The notes under the pieces: model-generated | The model's database searches: none | Told to the model about the DNA's origin: nothing | What the model saw: only the letters and a program-made list of their open reading frames with translations | Shown: positions 1-9,797 of the stretch, in pieces | How positions within the stretch are numbered: the stretch's first letter is position 1 | Layout: every line of letters starts with the position of its first letter | Origin: an uncultured Spirochaetaceae bacterium | GTDB lineage: Bacteria; Myxococcota_A; UBA9160; UBA4427 | Direction of reading: 5' to 3' | NCBI GenBank assembly: GCA_964457385.1 | Contig: CAYWGW010000004.1 | Coordinates: 1-53,510 of the forward strand | DNA length: 53,510 nt | Program-made: the position numbers and the translations under genes

Positions 1-252
1 ATCGGGGCGACACTGCTCTACTACGACGTGCGCATCCACAGGATCGATCGGAGTCTTCGTCACCTGGCTGCGCTGGGGCAGGACGTGACGGCCTTCGAGA
101 TCTGGCAGTCCCTCTTTCCCCAGGACGCCCCCTACGAGTCGATCCGGGACCAGCTTCTGCTGGTGATCGGCGCGCTCGACTGTCTGGAGGCCGAGGGCAA
201 GCTCCAGACCCGTCGTCGACATGATGGAGTGCTCATCCATCAGCATGTCTGA
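1..252 (+). CDS. 3' end of a gene truncated by the window; possibly the winged-helix C-terminus of an MBL-fold metallo-hydrolase
   Basis: Frame 1 is open from base 1 to TGA at 250-252. The segment 'TAFEIWQSLFP...LDCLEAEGKL' resembles MBL-fold hydrolase C-termini, but no catalytic motif is in the window. Confidence 0.45.
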   Translation: MGATLLYYDVRIHRIDRSLRHLAALGQDVTAFEIWQSLFPQDAPYESIRDQLLLVIGALDCLEAEGKLQTRRRHDGVLIHQHV

Positions 253-264
253 CAGCATGTCTGA
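241..264 (+). repeat. 12-bp tandem duplication (CAGCATGTCTGA x2) including the stop codon
   Basis: Exact copies at 241-252 and 253-264. Confidence 0.9.
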
Positions 265-338
265 GCCGGGCGAAGGTCCACTGGGGCTCAGGGCCCCCGC
301 TCGATTCCGCCCGAGGGATCGCCCTCGCGGCTTCCGGC

Positions 339-1880
339 TCAGCCTCCCCAGCGCTCGAGTAGAAAGACGGCGAGGGCTTTTCGCTCGGCGAGCGGTGCGT
401 CGAAGACGGGCATCGGTGGGGTCGGGGTCAGCAGGAACGAGCTCAGGGACGCGATTGAATGACGCTGCCCCAACTGGTCCAGTTCCTTCACGACGACTCC
501 CGGCGCGGCCGTCTCCGCGAGATGGCATGCCCCGCAGCCGCGATCGGCGAAGAGGGTCTCACCGCGGGCGACGAGGGATCGGCGCACTTCCGGCTCGAGG
601 TCGGCCAGGGGATCTTCGACCGCCACGGGGGGGAGGCGCCCATCGGCCGCGGCTGCCGGTCCGGTTCGTCTGCCCACGACGTCGGACGCGCCCGGCGCGG
701 CGACGCGGTAGACCACGCCCGCGTAGTCGTCGCTGATGTAGAAGGCGCCGTCGGGTCCCTCGGCAACGTCGACGGGTCGCCCGATGACGTCTTCGTCGAC
801 GTTGAAGCCCGTCAGGAAATCGCGTTCCTCGATCACTCCCGATCCGTCCCAGTGCAGGGAGACGACCTTGTAGCCGTCTTTCACCGTGCGATTCCAGGAG
901 CCGTGAAGCGCCACCAGGGCGGCCCGGTCGAGGTCCGCCGGTGGATCCGGCTGGCGCACGAAGGTGATCCCCAGCGGCGCATTATGCGCGGCGAATCCAT
1001 GGGCTGGTGGGATCGACGTCGCGATCTCCGAGGCATGTCCCACCCCGAAGTCCGGATCGGGCTCGCGATCGCCGTTGGCGTAGGGCCAGCCGTAGAAGCC
1101 GCCGCGCTCGACGCGGTTCAGCTCGCAGGGGGGATAGTCGTCGCCGAGCAGGTCGCGTCCGTTGTCGGTCGCGTAGAGTTCATTCGTGCTCGGTTGCCAG
1201 TCGAAGCCGACGGCGTTGCGTAGACCCCGGGCAAGGATCTCGCCGCCCGACCCATCGGGCTCGAAGCGAAGGATCGCCGCTCGTCGCGGGTCGGACTCCT
1301 CGCAGACGTTGCAGCTCGATCCGATGCTCAGGTAGAGACCGCCATCTGGACCGAATCGCAGGGTGCGCGACCAATGGTTTCCGCCCTCGGGCAGGTCCTC
1401 GACGATGGGCACGGGTGCACCCCCGACACGGGCCGTTCCGGGTCCCGACTCCTGGAAGTCGTAGCGGGAGATGCGGCCCGCCTCTGCGACGAAGAGGGAG
1501 GCGCCCTTCAGGTCCAGACCATGGGGACGGTCGAGGCCGTCGATGAGGACCCGTCGACCATCCGAGCCTCCATCCTCATCGCGGTCGCCGAGCAGGAGCA
1601 GGATCTGGCCCCGTCGCGGTTGGCTCACGAGGAGATCACCGGCGGGCGTGAACCGAAGCATTCGGGCGTTGGGGATGTCGTCGGCCCAGATCGCGACCTC
1701 GAGGTCACCGGCCGCTCGGAGGCGTTGCGCGACCAGCGTCGGCGGCGGTGCTTGGATGCCGCGCCCGAAGAGCAGGTGGCCCAGGTCTGCGTTGACGACG
1801 TACTCGTCCGGCAGCAGGAGATTGCAGGCCCCCACCCCGACGAGCAGCAGCACCAGGACCGGCAGCGCCCGCTTACCCAT
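339..1880 (-). CDS. PQQ-dependent sugar dehydrogenase (L-sorbosone dehydrogenase/YliI-like beta-propeller) with C-terminal monoheme cytochrome c
   Basis: Start MGKRALPVLVLLLVGVGAC (signal/lipobox-like). Family motifs GSSCNVC, GLRNAVG, DNGRD, YGWP, HGSWNR and GRPVDV. C-terminal CGACH with a distal PMP Met. Confidence 0.85.
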   Translation of the reverse strand: MGKRALPVLVLLLVGVGACNLLLPDEYVVNADLGHLLFGRGIQAPPPTLVAQRLRAAGDLEVAIWADDIPNARMLRFTPAGDLLVSQPRRGQILLLLGDRDEDGGSDGRRVLIDGLDRPHGLDLKGASLFVAEAGRISRYDFQESGPGTARVGGAPVPIVEDLPEGGNHWSRTLRFGPDGGLYLSIGSSCNVCEESDPRRAAILRFEPDGSGGEILARGLRNAVGFDWQPSTNELYATDNGRDLLGDDYPPCELNRVERGGFYGWPYANGDREPDPDFGVGHASEIATSIPPAHGFAAHNAPLGITFVRQPDPPADLDRAALVALHGSWNRTVKDGYKVVSLHWDGSGVIEERDFLTGFNVDEDVIGRPVDVAEGPDGAFYISDDYAGVVYRVAAPGASDVVGRRTGPAAAADGRLPPVAVEDPLADLEPEVRRSLVARGETLFADRGCGACHLAETAAPGVVVKELDQLGQRHSIASLSSFLLTPTPPMPVFDAPLAERKALAVFLLERWGG

Positions 1881-2118
1881 CGTTTCCGCCTCCTCGTCCC
1901 CGTTCGGACGCGGTCGGGTCGACCCGGACCGCGGAACGCGCGACAGTACCGCAACCCAGGGCAGCCACGGCGCAGTCGGTGGTGGTCGGCTGGGATCGAG
2001 CGAGGGGTTCTCGGAAAGCGTCCTTTTTTCCCCTGAGGGACCTTGACGAAAGCCGTTGACTGACGGATACATCCGCGCTCCTCGGAGGCAATCCTCGGAC
2101 GCAAAGAGGCAAATCAGG

Positions 2119-2448
2119 ATGCAGAAGATTCGAAAAGGCGACCTGGTCCAGGTCGTGACCGGAGCGGATCGCGGCAAGCAGGGCCGCGTGATCTCCGTGG
2201 ACGTGTCCGACGGGCGCGTGCGCGTCGAGGCCGTCCGGCTCCAGAAGCGCCATCTGCGTCCGGGACGCAGTGGTGCCCGCGAAGGAGGCATCGTCGAGAC
2301 CGAAGGAATGATCGACGTCTCGAACGTGATGCTCGTCCATCCCGGTGATCAGAAGCCCTCGCGCGTGCGCGTGGAGGAGCGGGACGGAAAGCGGATTCGT
2401 GTCTTCGCGCGCGGAGGCGAGCCCGTGCCGGATCCGGTGGGAGCGTAG
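2119..2448 (+). CDS. rplX: 50S ribosomal protein L24 (uL24)
   Basis: [25 protein letters not shown] motif, GGIVETEG and IDVSNV; ATG at 2119. Confidence 0.95.
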   Translation: MQKIRKGDLVQVVTGADRGKQGRVISVDVSDGRVRVEAVRLQKRHLRPGRSGAREGGIVETEGMIDVSNVMLVHPGDQKPSRVRVEERDGKRIRVFARGGEPVPDPVGA

Positions 2449-2452
2449 ACTG

Positions 2453-2620
2453 ATGGCCAAGGGCAAGCGCGAGAAGATCAAGCTCGAGTCGACCGCTGGG
2501 ACGGGTCATTTCTACACGACCTCGAAGAACCGGACGAATACGCCGAACAAGCTCGAGTTCAAGAAATACGATCCCGTCGTGCGAAAGCACGTGGTCTACA
2601 AAGAAACCAAGCTGAAGTAG
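2453..2620 (+). CDS. rpmG: 50S ribosomal protein L33 (Cys-free, zinc-independent type)
   Basis: [26 protein letters not shown]...[15 protein letters not shown]; 55 aa, no Cys. Confidence 0.97.
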   Translation: MAKGKREKIKLESTAGTGHFYTTSKNRTNTPNKLEFKKYDPVVRKHVVYKETKLK

Positions 2621-2716
2621 TCGCCCTCATGGGGCCGGGTCGCGCTTCGCCACAGGGTCGGAGCGTCTTTCCCGTCGCCCCAGGGTTCACTCGTATCGTG
2701 GCAGGGAGAAGTCCAA

Positions 2717-3073
2717 ATGGCCTGGGTCATCACCCGATTGTGTCGTGATTGTCTGGATATGGCGTGCGTCGAGGTCTGCCCCGTCGACTGCATCGTCCAA
2801 CACAAGGACAAGGGCGACGCGGCCGGCTACGAAAACCAGCTCTACATCGATCCGGAAGAGTGCATCAATTGCGGCGTCTGCGAGCCCGAGTGCCCGTGGG
2901 AGGCCATCTTCGAGGACGAGCAGGTGCCGGACGTCTTCGAGGAGGATGTGGCCCTGAACGCCCAGATCGTGGACGAGCGGGACGATTTCCTCGTGCCGGA
3001 ACGCGAGGAGGCGAACGTGCCCACGCCGGACCAGATCGCCGAGAACAAGAAGAAGTGGGGCTACGAGGGCTGA
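2717..3073 (+). CDS. fdxA: Dicluster (7Fe-type, FdxA-like) ferredoxin
   Basis: [17 protein letters not shown] and [12 protein letters not shown]; SD GGAG upstream. Confidence 0.9.
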   Translation: MAWVITRLCRDCLDMACVEVCPVDCIVQHKDKGDAAGYENQLYIDPEECINCGVCEPECPWEAIFEDEQVPDVFEEDVALNAQIVDERDDFLVPEREEANVPTPDQIAENKKKWGYEG

Positions 3074-3942
3074 TACGAGGGCTGAGCGGCGTCGTCGAAG
3101 GCGGCGGCCATCACCTGGGTGGCACGCGCCAGCGCTGACTCGTCCGGTGGCTCCGGCAGCTCGCACGTCCACAGGCGAAGCTGCTCCACCGCCTGATGAA
3201 CGAGCATCCACTTGCCCGCGATCGGACGCCCCCCGCGTGCGGCCACGTCCGCGAGCAGGCGGGTTCGTTCCGGCGCGTAAACGGCATCGAGCGCGACGAC
3301 CCCCTTCGGCAGGGCCTCCCGATCGACCGGCGATCGATCCTCCCCCAGCCCCACGCTCGTCGTCTGGACGATCAGCTCCGGGGCGAGCGCTTCGAGTTCG
3401 TCGAGCCCGCCGAAGCCCTGGGCTCCGAGATCTCGGGCGACCGTCTCGGCCCGCGCGCGGGTGCGATTCAGCACGAACACCTCGGCCCCGCGCTCGCGCA
3501 GCCCGAAGACGACGGCGCGCGCCGTGCCCCCGGCGCCGAGCACCACGGCCCGCCGATCGGCGATCGTCGTCTCGCCCTCGAGCGCCCGGACCGCTCCGAG
3601 CCAGTCCGTGTTTGTTCCGACCAGCCGATCCCCAACGCGCGTCACGGTGTTGATCGCTCCGATTCGGGCCGCGATCTCGTCGACCTCGTCGACCAGGGCG
3701 AGCATCGCCTCCTTGTGCGGGATCGAGACCGCGACCTGCTTCAGGCCCAGCGCTCGCACGCCGGCGACGGCGTCCGCCAGCCGATCCGCCGTCACGTCGA
3801 AAGCCTGATAGTGGGCGTTCAGGCCGAGGCTCTCGTAGGCCGCCCGATGCATGGCGGGCGAACGCGTATGGCCGGCGGGATGCAACAGGATCCCGCAGAG
3901 GGCCGTTTCGAGCGGATCGGGTCGCTTCGTGCGGATGCTCAT
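3061..3942 (-). CDS. aroE: Shikimate dehydrogenase
   Basis: [51 protein letters not shown] 3942 chosen as start (the ORF extends to 3987). Confidence 0.93.
   Translation of the reverse strand: MSIRTKRPDPLETALCGILLHPAGHTRSPAMHRAAYESLGLNAHYQAFDVTADRLADAVAGVRALGLKQVAVSIPHKEAMLALVDEVDEIAARIGAINTVTRVGDRLVGTNTDWLGAVRALEGETTIADRRAVVLGAGGTARAVVFGLRERGAEVFVLNRTRARAETVARDLGAQGFGGLDELEALAPELIVQTTSVGLGEDRSPVDREALPKGVVALDAVYAPERTRLLADVAARGGRPIAGKWMLVHQAVEQLRLWTCELPEPPDESALARATQVMAAAFDDAAQPSYQPS
3062..3085 (+). repeat. 12-bp tandem duplication (TACGAGGGCTGA x2) including the ferredoxin stop codon
   Basis: Exact copies at 3062-3073 and 3074-3085; read as QPSYQPS on the aroE strand. Confidence 0.9.
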
Positions 3943-4015
3943 CGCGGGGCCGATGATGCACGAGACCAGGACGGGAGTCGACTGCACGAGATCGGAATCG
4001 GAGCCGGCGGCACGC

Positions 4016-4858
4016 TCAGGATCGACTCCGATCGTAGGCTGCCTTCAGGTCCTCCCACACCGCACGCCGATTCTCCGGGGTGTACTGGCGGAGCACGTAG
4101 GCGGGATGCAGCGTCGGCATCAAGGGAATGCCCTGGTACTCGTGCCAGGTTCCGCGGACCCGCGTGATCGCGATGTCTCGGCCGAGCAGCAGGCTCGCGG
4201 CGGGCTTGCCCAGGGTGACGATCACCTTTGGCGCGACGGCCCGGATCTGGCCATCCAGGAAGGGCCGGCAGGCGCTGACCTCGGGTGGCAGTGGATTGCG
4301 GTTCTGGGGCGGCCGACACTTCACGATGTTGCATATATACACTTTACTGCGTGGGATGCCGATGCCCTTCTCGATCATCTGGGTGAGGAGCTCGCCCGCT
4401 CGGCCGACGAAGGGCAGACCCTGACGATCCTCCTGCTCCCCGGGCCCTTCCCCGATGAAGAGTAGATCCGCGTCGGGATGGCCATCTCCGAAGACGATCG
4501 TGCGCCGGCCCTCGCAGAGCGAGCAGCGCCGGCAGTCGCCCAGCTCGGCACGGACCGTCTCGAGGCTGGGACGGCTGTCGGCAGCGAGACCGGAAGTCCC
4601 TGGCCCGCTCGGAGCTGTCGTATCCGGGACGGGCGCGACGGGCGGAGGGAGACGACCTGGATGGACTGCTGGCTCGCGTCCTGCAGTGGGCTTCCCGGCC
4701 GCGGCGGTCTGGGGCGCATCGAAGCCCGTTCCGGGCAGCCGCTCGAAGCGATCCACGTCCTCCTCGACGAGTTCCCGGAGCAGCGCCCGGGCCGAGGCGA
4801 GGAGTCCTCGGACTTCGGTGGGGATGTCGCTGGGATCCGGATCGGATTCGGCGCTCAT
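4016..4858 (-). CDS. Uracil-DNA glycosylase family 4 ([4Fe-4S])
   Basis: CRRCSLC, GEGPG, PFVGRAG, NIVKCRPPQNR and HPAY; Pro/Ala-rich N-terminal extension. Confidence 0.93.
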   Translation of the reverse strand: MSAESDPDPSDIPTEVRGLLASARALLRELVEEDVDRFERLPGTGFDAPQTAAAGKPTAGREPAVHPGRLPPPVAPVPDTTAPSGPGTSGLAADSRPSLETVRAELGDCRRCSLCEGRRTIVFGDGHPDADLLFIGEGPGEQEDRQGLPFVGRAGELLTQMIEKGIGIPRSKVYICNIVKCRPPQNRNPLPPEVSACRPFLDGQIRAVAPKVIVTLGKPAASLLLGRDIAITRVRGTWHEYQGIPLMPTLHPAYVLRQYTPENRRAVWEDLKAAYDRSRS

Positions 4859-4862
4859 CGTG

Positions 4863-6920
4863 TCAGTCCGGCCTCCCAGCGGCAGGCTCGATCGTGCCAT
4901 GACGCTGGGCCTCGATCCGCTCCTCCACATGGAAGCGGAAGCCTGGATCGTTGGCGTCGTCGTGGCAGCTGCCACAGATCTTGAGGATCACGCACGAGTC
5001 GCATTTGTCGCCCAGCGAGAGGATCGTCCCCGTGCGCCGCGCACTCGGACCCACATGATCTCCCCCCGGTCCATGGCACGATTCACAGCCGACGCGCGCG
5101 AGGTCCGGGTGGTCGGCCACCGCGGCGTCGGCCGGGAAGCCGCCCGGCTTGCCGAAGGCGGTGGTATGGCAGGCGAGACAGCTGGCGTCGTCGGCCTTGC
5201 CTTTCGTCTCGAGGCTGGCGACGGCCCGACCGTGGGCGCTCGCCTGCCAGATCTCGAACTCCCGGGCATGACAGCTCTGACAGGCGTTCGAGCCCACGTG
5301 CCCGGCCCGGGTGGGAAGCAGGTTCCGGCTCGGTCCGCCGCCGGCCCCGAGTCGCGCTCGCTCGGCGTTCGAGAGGGCCGCGATCCCCTGATGGCTCACG
5401 CGGGCGTGGAAGGGCTCGTACTCGAAGCCCAGGGAGTGGGTCGGGGTGTGGCAGGTCGAGCAGACCTCGGCGTATTCGGCTTCGGGCACGAAATCCGGTG
5501 AGAGATGGGGTCCGCCCCGACCGTGGCACGACTCGCAGCCGACGTTCTCGAGATGGGCCGCCGGACGCAGGATGTCATAGCCGCCCGCCTTCTCGAAGCC
5601 GACGACGTGGCATCCGACGCAGTCGGTGCGCCGGTCTGCGGCGTGCGTGACGAGGGTGTCGAAGGCACTCGCGTGCGCCGTGTACTCCCAGCTGGCGTAC
5701 TCGAGCTCGTGGCAGGTCCCGCAGACGTCGTTGCCGCTGTACCCCTTCGGGTCGAGCAGCATCGGCACGCGCACGCCGGCGGCGGCGGCCACCTTCATGC
5801 GGACGATGCCCGGATCGCGCTGCTCGTTCCAGCCGGTCGTGCGATGGATGATCCGCCCCTCCGCGTCGAGCACGAGTACGACCGGCACGCCGCCGGTGAC
5901 GCCCCAGCGTTCGGTGGCCCGGCCCTCGGGATCGAGCTGAGGATCGAAGAAGTCGAGCCCGAGCTCTTGCAGGGATCGCCGGACCCCGGTCGGATCGTTC
6001 TGGATCGAGACGGCGACCAGGCGCGGCCGCTCGGGCTCGGGAATCGAGTCGAGAATCGTCTCGAGCGCGGCCAGCGCCTTGTGGCAATGGGGGCAGGTGT
6101 GAAGGAAGAAGATCACGACCGCCGCGCGTCCCTCGAGCGCCGCCGTCGTCAGGATTCCGCCGTCGGCCATCGAGATCACGCCGAGCTCCGGCGCCTTGGG
6201 CCGATGCAGGAGCTGGCCGACGCCTGGGCCCGCCTCTTCGGGCAGCCGCAGCTCCTCCCGGAGCTGGCTCTCGACCGCGTCCGCAACCGCGCCCTCGCGC
6301 GGGAAGCTCCCGATCCCGAAGCTCATGAAGCCTTCCGCATCGACGCCGAGCACCGCGAGCGGCGCGCGCAGTCGGAGTAGGTGCGTGATCGCTCCGTCGC
6401 TGTCGTCGATCACGGGGAAGTCCAGTCCCGCACCCTGCACGAAGCGCGAGAGCGTGGCGGAATCGGATCCGACGCCGACCCCGACGATCTGGAAGTTATG
6501 CGATCTGCGGAGCTCCGAGAGGCGGTTGACCGCGTTCGCGACGGGCCGGGCCTCTTCGATCTCCGGATTGAAAAGGAAGAGGAGGACCCGCGAGCCGAGC
6601 AGCTCCCCCATCGAGAGGCGCGTGCCCGCCACGGTGCGTCCGTCGAAGGCCGGGATGGGTCGCTCCCCGGCTCGGCGGGGGGCCGTCGACTCGCTGGTCC
6701 GATTGCCCACCCGGGTGACGGACTCGTCCGTGGCGGCCTGGGGCGGCGGTACGCCGGCGGCGGCACTCTGCGCAGCCGCGTTCGGCGTCGCGGGCGGCGG
6801 GGTCGACTCGTGGCAGCCGATGGCGGGGACGAGGACGAGGCAGAGCAGCAAGGCGAGACCGGTACCGCTTCTGGAGTGCCGCCCCCCTGAACGCCCTCGA
6901 TTGCCCGCGCGGAGACCCAC
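4863..6920 (-). CDS. Lipoprotein with two redoxin (TlpA/AhpC-like) domains fused to an octaheme cytochrome c (tandem c554-like repeats)
   Basis: Lipobox-like LVPAIGC. Two thioredoxin-fold segments ('FPVIDDSDG', 'HTCPHCH...[12 protein letters not shown]'). Eight CxxCH motifs: CGTCH, CVGCH, CESCH, CSTCH, CQSCH, CLACH, CESCH, CGSCH. Confidence 0.85.
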   Translation of the reverse strand: MGLRAGNRGRSGGRHSRSGTGLALLLCLVLVPAIGCHESTPPPATPNAAAQSAAAGVPPPQAATDESVTRVGNRTSESTAPRRAGERPIPAFDGRTVAGTRLSMGELLGSRVLLFLFNPEIEEARPVANAVNRLSELRRSHNFQIVGVGVGSDSATLSRFVQGAGLDFPVIDDSDGAITHLLRLRAPLAVLGVDAEGFMSFGIGSFPREGAVADAVESQLREELRLPEEAGPGVGQLLHRPKAPELGVISMADGGILTTAALEGRAAVVIFFLHTCPHCHKALAALETILDSIPEPERPRLVAVSIQNDPTGVRRSLQELGLDFFDPQLDPEGRATERWGVTGGVPVVLVLDAEGRIIHRTTGWNEQRDPGIVRMKVAAAAGVRVPMLLDPKGYSGNDVCGTCHELEYASWEYTAHASAFDTLVTHAADRRTDCVGCHVVGFEKAGGYDILRPAAHLENVGCESCHGRGGPHLSPDFVPEAEYAEVCSTCHTPTHSLGFEYEPFHARVSHQGIAALSNAERARLGAGGGPSRNLLPTRAGHVGSNACQSCHAREFEIWQASAHGRAVASLETKGKADDASCLACHTTAFGKPGGFPADAAVADHPDLARVGCESCHGPGGDHVGPSARRTGTILSLGDKCDSCVILKICGSCHDDANDPGFRFHVEERIEAQRHGTIEPAAGRPD

Positions 6921-7052
6921 TCAGCCCCCTCTCGACCGACGCCATGCGCTCAGGGCCGTTTGGTCTCGCATGATCGTGAGGTTAGAGGAAAGCCCCCACG
7001 CTCGCATCGAACCCGGAACTCGGATCGAACCCGAAGCTTGGAGCGCGAGTGC

Positions 7053-7580
7053 TCAGCCCGCCTGCTTCTGTCGGGCCCGGAGCTCTTCGAGCAGGCTCTT
7101 GAAGCCCGCGTTGTCGGCTTCGAGGGTGAGTGCCATCTGGACGTGCTGGATCGCCGCGGAGAGTTGGCCGGTCTTCAGCGCCGCCTCGGCTCGGGCATGG
7201 AACTGGCGACCCTGGGGCGTGCGGCCCCGACGCTCGGCCTTGACCTGCTCGGTATGCGCCATCCGGGCTTCGGCGAGCTGGATGCGCAGGACTCCGGATG
7301 CCTTCACGCGAGTGTCGTAGGCCTGTCGGCGTCGCGGGTCCCGCAGCACGCTGTAGGCCTCGGTGATGCGCTTGGAGATCAGATTGCACTGCCGCTTCAG
7401 GTCCGGCGGCAGCCCGCGATTGACGTCGGGATGGAAGCTCCGGGAGGAGGTGTGGAAGGCGGCCCGAATCTCGCCCAGGCTGGCTTTCGGATCGATCCCG
7501 AGCAGCTGATAGTAGTCGAGCTCGTCCATGATCTTGGCGAGGGCGTGGATCTCGAGTGCGTCGATGGCGGGGGAGGGCAT
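7053..7580 (-). CDS. J-domain co-chaperone (class C) with C-terminal TPR-like helices
   Basis: DYYQLLGI...FHPD...[16 protein letters not shown]; no G/F region or zinc finger. Confidence 0.9.
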   Translation of the reverse strand: MPSPAIDALEIHALAKIMDELDYYQLLGIDPKASLGEIRAAFHTSSRSFHPDVNRGLPPDLKRQCNLISKRITEAYSVLRDPRRRQAYDTRVKASGVLRIQLAEARMAHTEQVKAERRGRTPQGRQFHARAEAALKTGQLSAAIQHVQMALTLEADNAGFKSLLEELRARQKQAG

Positions 7581-7586
7581 GACGAC

Positions 7587-9527
7587 TCAGCGCTCCTCGT
7601 CGAGCTCGATCTCGGGAGAAGCGAGGTCGCGCCCGGCTGCGTCGAAGAGGTCCTCCTCCTCGGGCACGTTTTCGGCCGGGATGTCGAGAGTGATGGCGTC
7701 TTCGCGAGGGATGCCGTCATGCGCCCCGGTCGGCTGCATCAGGTCTTCCTCGCCCACCAGCTCCAGCTCGCTGAGGTCGTCGTCCGAGATGTCGAGATCC
7801 AGCTCCGGAGGCTCGTTCCGGCCGATCGAGAGGTCGTCCTTGCCATCGCCGAAGAGAGAGGAGGCGGAGGGCGCGGGCGGAGACTTCGCAGCCGCCGGCC
7901 CGTCGGCCGCCTTCGTCCCGGTGGTGGCCCCGTCGTGAGCGTTCGGTTGCGCGCCCGCGGTCTTCACGCGACCGGCGCGGTCCTGCTCGATGATCTGATC
8001 GACCTCGCCGGCGTCCAGTCCCGAGGACAGGGTGATCTGGGTCGAGGCCTCCTGGCCCGTGGCCTGGTCGGATGCCGTGACGTTGACGATGCCGTCGGCG
8101 TCGATCTCGAAGGTGACGTCGATCTTCACGTCCGAGCGCAGGCCCTTCTGGAAGCCCGAGAACTCGAACTGGCCGAGCAGCACGTTGTCCTCGGCCAATC
8201 GGTGATCGCCCTGATAGACGCGGATCTGGACCGACTCCTGATGGTCCTGAAAGGTCGTGAAGGTCCGCGTCTGCTCGATCGGCACGGGCGTATTGCGTTC
8301 GATCACGGGCTCGGCGAGACCTCCTGCGACGCCGATCCGGAGATCGAGGGGCGTGACGTCGAGGAGCATCGAGTCCCGGGCTTCCCCGACCAGCGAGGCG
8401 GCGTGGATGGCCGCTCCCATGGCGACGACCTCGTCGGGGTCGACGTCCACGCGCGGCTCCTGTTGGAAGTAGTGTGTCACGGCCTCCCGGATGACGGGCA
8501 GGCGCGTGGGGCCGCCCACCAGGATGACCCCGTCGAGGTCGCGGACGGTCAGATCGGCCTGCTGGAGCGCCTCGTCGCAGACCTTGAAGGTGCGTTGAAT
8601 CAGATCCTGGACCAGCTGCGCGAACTCCGCCCGGGTGATCGTCCGATCGAGACCCCGCGGCCTCCCGTCCGGGCCGACGAGGACCTCGTCGATCCGGACC
8701 TGGACCTCCTCGTCGAAGGACAGCTGTTTCTTGGCGTTCTCGGCCGCCAGCTTCAGGCGCTCGAAGGCGTAGGGATCGTTGCGGGGATTGATGCCCTCGC
8801 GTCCGACGAACTCGTCGGCGAGCAGGTCGATCAGGCGATCGTCGAAATCGTCGCCGCCGAGGAAGGTGTCGCCGCAGGTGGCCAGCACCTCGAAGATGTC
8901 CTTCCCGATCTCGAGCACCGAGATGTCGAAGGTACCGCCGCCGAGATCGTAGATCGCCACCCGCTGGTTCAGGCCCATGCCGAAGCCGTAGGCGAGGGCG
9001 GCGGCGGTCGGCTCGTTCAGGATGCGCAGGACCTCGAGGCCGGCGATGCGTCCCGCGTCCTTCGTCGCCTGGCGCTGGTTGTCGTTGAAGTAGGCCGGCA
9101 CGGTGATCACGGCCTTCGTGACCTTCTCGCCGACGTGCTTCTCGGCGATCTGCTTCATCTCCCGCAGCACCATCGCCGAGATCTCCGGCAGGGAGAACTC
9201 CTCGTCCCGGATCTGGATCCGCACGCCGTGGCTGGGGGCCTCGACGATCTCGTAGGCGTAGATGGCCTGGGCCTTCTTGACCTCCTCGGAGAAGTAGTAG
9301 CGACCGATCAGGCGCTTCGCGGAGCTCACCGTATGCGCCGGCGCGTGGATGACCTTCGCCTTGGCGGAGTTGCCGACCTCGACGCTGCCGTCCTCGTGGA
9401 AGTGCACGACGCTGGCGGAGGTCCGCTCGCCGAAGGCGTTCGGAAGCACCTCGATCTGGCCGTTCCTCATCAGCGAGACGCAGGTGTTGCTGGTCCCCAG
9501 GTCGATTCCTACGGCGAACTCCGTCAT
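7587..9527 (-). CDS. Hsp70/DnaK-family paralog with truncated lid and acidic tail
   Basis: [45 protein letters not shown], linker MLLDVTPL and SBD-beta; SD AGGAG upstream of ATG 9527. Confidence 0.93.
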   Translation of the reverse strand: MTEFAVGIDLGTSNTCVSLMRNGQIEVLPNAFGERTSASVVHFHEDGSVEVGNSAKAKVIHAPAHTVSSAKRLIGRYYFSEEVKKAQAIYAYEIVEAPSHGVRIQIRDEEFSLPEISAMVLREMKQIAEKHVGEKVTKAVITVPAYFNDNQRQATKDAGRIAGLEVLRILNEPTAAALAYGFGMGLNQRVAIYDLGGGTFDISVLEIGKDIFEVLATCGDTFLGGDDFDDRLIDLLADEFVGREGINPRNDPYAFERLKLAAENAKKQLSFDEEVQVRIDEVLVGPDGRPRGLDRTITRAEFAQLVQDLIQRTFKVCDEALQQADLTVRDLDGVILVGGPTRLPVIREAVTHYFQQEPRVDVDPDEVVAMGAAIHAASLVGEARDSMLLDVTPLDLRIGVAGGLAEPVIERNTPVPIEQTRTFTTFQDHQESVQIRVYQGDHRLAEDNVLLGQFEFSGFQKGLRSDVKIDVTFEIDADGIVNVTASDQATGQEASTQITLSSGLDAGEVDQIIEQDRAGRVKTAGAQPNAHDGATTGTKAADGPAAAKSPPAPSASSLFGDGKDDLSIGRNEPPELDLDISDDDLSELELVGEEDLMQPTGAHDGIPREDAITLDIPAENVPEEEDLFDAAGRDLASPEIELDEER

Positions 9528-9797
9528 GCCGGACTCTCCTCGTGGCATTGCTCTCGCCGGTGGGCTTCGATCCCGCCGGTCGGGGGGCCAGCCTCTGGCT
9601 GCACGCGAGCGCCCCTCGCGCACCGGGTGGTCCTGGGGAAGAGTCGACCCTTTGGGGAGCCCATCCTCCGTCCCCGTGACGCCCTTGGTGTATCGGCAGG
9701 GGTCGGTCGCGACTGTACGACCAGAGACGTCGCCAGCGGCGATGGCTCCCGCGCCGGACGCTGTGCTATCCCGGTCAGATCGACGGCAGGAGCTTTG

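Noticed and set aside
312-327. Hairpin CGAGGG-ATCG-CCCTCG between convergent genes as an intrinsic terminator
   Set aside because: No U-tract on either strand, and short GC stems arise by chance at this composition.
1881-2118. Zur box upstream of rplX-rpmG
   Set aside because: No AT-rich palindrome resembling known Zur sites; only a TTGACG -35-like hexamer with a weak -10.
9528-9797. CIRCE/heat-shock element upstream of the Hsp70
   Set aside because: No TTAGCACTC-N9-GAGTGCTAA and no convincing sigma32 motif found.
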